From assembly GCA_963693365.1 (NCBI GenBank), contig CAVNZM010000001.1, positions 15,929,840 through 15,993,839 on the forward strand: a stretch of 64,000 nucleotides of DNA. Reading direction: 5' to 3'. Each line of letters opens with the position of its first letter. Positions within the stretch are counted from its first letter, which is position 1. Shown here in pieces: positions 61,037 to 64,000 of this stretch. The DNA comes from Amoebidium appalachense. Lineage: Eukaryota; Protista; Ichthyosporea. A program made the translations under genes and the position numbers. Below the pieces are notes generated by a model. It saw only the letters and a list, made by a program, of their open reading frames with translations. It was not told the origin of the DNA and did no database searches.

Positions 61037-63395
61037 GGTTTGTGACACGTTGTGCCGTGTGGGCATATGCGTGTGCCCGTGTGTGTATTTGTGACCGGGT
61101 TTGTGTGTGGGATTATAGAGAATGTATGTGCATGTGCCCTAGTGGTCGAGTCAGTTGTGTGCTATGTGCCCATGTTAGAACATAAAAGCTACCAGTAAAC
61201 CATATTCCATGAATTGGCTCATACTCAGTAGCACCGACTCAGCAATAACGTACAGGGGGGCGCTCAAGACGTGGGTGAGAACTCCGGATCCCTACCCCCG
61301 CCCAACCCCTTCAACCCCCCATAATTCCAAGTTTCCTCCCTTGGGCCCGCCCCTTTCCCAGGTGGGGGTCTCTTCCCCCTACCCCCACCCCCACACCGCC
61401 TTCTACTACCCCACCCCACCTCAACCGGAGCCCAGTTTCAAACAAGTAAAATTATACGTGACTTTCGCTGGCGGGGTGGCATCTACGAGATTGCATAGGT
61501 CTTCTGCCGTTTTAGCCATGTAACTCCTTATAGCAGTCCCCGCCTGGTCCCCGCACGTGGATGTGAATAGCCGTAATCCCCCCTCCTGCCCAATCACGAA
61601 TCCGAACCTACTGAGGTCCTTTGTGACCATGCAGGGTTGTAATGTTACCAGACCTTCAGTGCTGCGTGTATGGCCGTATGCACAGTATGCACGAAAGTGC
61701 ACGAAACAACTGGCGAGTCCTGACTGTTTTGCCTAGCCGATGTATTTATGATAAGTCGACGCTGGCCCATGGTTCATCGTTTCCGTCCCTAATATTACAG
61801 TAGCTGAAAAATAAAGCACGGCACTTGTCTGCAAGTGGCGGCCGCATTGACATTGCGTGACTGGCGCACCGCGTTCCACGTTTCACCCTTGATGATGGTC
61901 GATGTCAGCTGCTAACCGCCAAATTATACTTTATTTTTTGGAACACGCTTTTTTTTGGCTTGGTTTATACGGTGAGCCAGTTGTTCACAGCTGATAACGT
62001 TAAAAATTATTTGTTGCAAAATATTTTGAAATATTTTTTAAATATATATTACAACAAATACCTTGATAAGGTGCTTATACTTCTAAGAACTTCTGTGTCA
62101 AGCAGCCCACCTAATCTTGGAGGCTAAGGGGCTCACAAGATCTGCAGATTCTCCAATCACAGCCTGGAAGGAATTGCTGCGGCCAATCAAAGCGTGGCTG
62201 AAACCGGTTTGGGGCAGGCGGGCAAATATCGGGTTATCGCTCTTTTGATTGGCTGCCCTGTTCGTTTTTGAAATTAGGTAATAACCACGAGGGTGCTCAA
62301 GGGAATTTTTAGATCGGCAATTTCTCTCGAATAAACAGCTGTTATAAGAAAGATATAATTGGCTAAAGTTGAATTTATAAGAGTCATGTAAATCCTAAGA
62401 AAGCGCCAGACGGTCGGTCAAAGGGTACCGATTTGTGTTGAGAAGCTTTCAGTTTTTTTAGCACCATTGAAGCATAAAATAATCCCAAAAAGTTTGTTGA
62501 TCAGTCAAACAAGAACCAAAAAAACGCACTGCATTCCAATTTGCTACTGTTAGAAGAGATTCCAGCTTGGCTCAGCGCCAAGAACCTTCTTCAAAATCAC
62601 GAGCACAAAGTACCGATTTTAAGATGACGGAATCCTCGGTAGGTATTCGCACCGCCAACGAGCTATAAAAGGTCGCATCCGATAAGCAAATCGGCATTTT
62701 TTTTAGCCTTCCAGGTTCCTTGTTTAGCACCCGAAGTTGTGGCGGAGCACTCCGTTTGCTAGCGTATTCTCTCCTCTTGCGTTTGTAGCCCACAGAGGGT
62801 ATCAAAGACCAGGTGGCGAGACAGCGTGCGGGGGTGACTTCGCACGGTCCGAGTTCGCCACGTTGACGAAGTAAGTTTTGAAGCTCATGGCATGGGCTCC
62901 TGTAATGATCTGGTGTCAGTGGATGGTTTGTCCTCGCCCTATCAACCCGCCCTTGGTTGGCTTGCTTGAAGTTTTTCGCTGGTGAGAACACGGCACTGGA
63001 AAAACCGGGTGTATTTTGATTATTTTCTTTGTTTGCTTGTGAGGGGACCCTGGGATGTGTGCGCAGATCTAAGGTGTATGGACCTCAGCGAAGTTGCCCA
63101 AGCTTACCAACAGCTACTCCTAAAAGAGTACTAGCATGGCTTAGTTTATGCACGTTCGTTACTAGAGCACGGTACTCTCTTACTGCGGGGCCCGCGGGCT
63201 TGGCACCATAAACTTTGTGTATCCACCCAACATCTACTAACCCCCTCTACGTTGGTATTCACAGGTTGTCAAATGTTTAAAGTAACCGGGCTTGCCCACG
63301 CTTCCAACCTCGCTGAGGTAGACGACGGTGGCCCGCTGTTTGTTTTCATTCACACCTGACGCTCTTGAGGGTTCCTTTGAGTCGAATTACAGTAC

Positions 63396-63902
63396 ATGCA
63401 ACACAACGCAAACATGCTTCTCCCGACATTTTTGGGGGCGCCAGCTGTCCAGACAGCTCTGACCACCGTTGTGAAGGTGTCGTATGTCGCTGCACGGGGG
63501 CTGTATATGGGTCGGCTAGCCGGTGAGCGATTCGCAAAGCTATCACTGGCAGAAGACAACACTGCCGATAACACCCCCTCTATCCTCTCTCCTTTCCCTG
63601 AGAGCCTGCGTGACCGTGCCAAGCCGGATCCCCGTCGACAAAACGAGAAGAACCTTATTTCGGAGTTGCTTACACACTTCAAACAGACCTCAGAGGTCCG
63701 TCAGTATCTGAAGTACTTTGGGAGCGTCGACTCTCCGGACAAGTTTGCCATCATCCGTTTCTCGGGTGATGTGCTCAACAACAGGGAGCATCTTGCTCAG
63801 ACAGCCTCGGCTCTTTCTTTCCTCCAACGGGTTGGCCTGCTCCCTATTGTGGTGCACGGGGCTGGTTTGTTCACTGGTCGTCGCAGCCAGAATGTGGACC
63901 AG
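63396..63902 (+). CDS. First exon of an acetylglutamate kinase-fold protein (ARG5,6 / N-acetylglutamate synthase-like); continues beyond the window
   Basis: Open frame from ATG 63396 to the donor at 63903: ..SEVRQYLKYFGSVD..KFAIIRFSGDVL..LAQTASALSFLQRVGLLPIVVHGAG, matching the fungal/animal NAGK-NAGS N-terminal AAK domain. Confidence 0.85.
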
Positions 63903-64000
63903 GTGATGGGGGGGCAAAAAAAAAAAATGAGATTTTCTTGCTTTTCTGCTGCGTTTGTCGCCTGTGTTTCTAAGGAAATTTGGGGGGGAGAAGCAAGGTT

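Noticed and set aside
62572-62991. 139-aa minus-strand ORF
   Set aside because: No recognisable domain or splice context; it lies in the intergenic region between divergent genes.

Overview
Intron-rich eukaryotic DNA, probably a unicellular opisthokont/protist (organism not identifiable from sequence alone), saturated with (C)n/(G)n runs and (CA)n/(CT)n microsatellites, so most ORFs in the track are low-complexity artefacts. Spliced host genes can be reconstructed: ATP10 (+, 5.0-17.4 kb), an intronless multi-TM protein (-), an SLC35A-type nucleotide-sugar transporter (+), an Sds3/BRMS1-family protein (-), a four-EF-hand protein (-) and the start of an acetylglutamate kinase/NAGS-like gene (+). 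Mobile DNA includes a decayed Penelope-like RT inside an ATP10 intron, a ~9 kb element with 109-bp TIRs carrying an OTU-protease/CXC/Myb-like/Zn-ribbon gene, and an internally deleted P element. The most interesting signal is a family of at least 12 short, 5'-truncated retroposed copies whose fixed 3' end abuts (C)n. Three strongly diverged subfamilies preserve one ~165-nt RNA fold by compensatory changes: a closing stem, a conserved hairpin, a K-turn and a palindromic apical loop. They also keep the hammerhead core words CUGANGA, CGAAAC and GUU, in an order matching no canonical hammerhead type. This is a candidate new ribozyme or RNP structure; catalytic activity is inference only.
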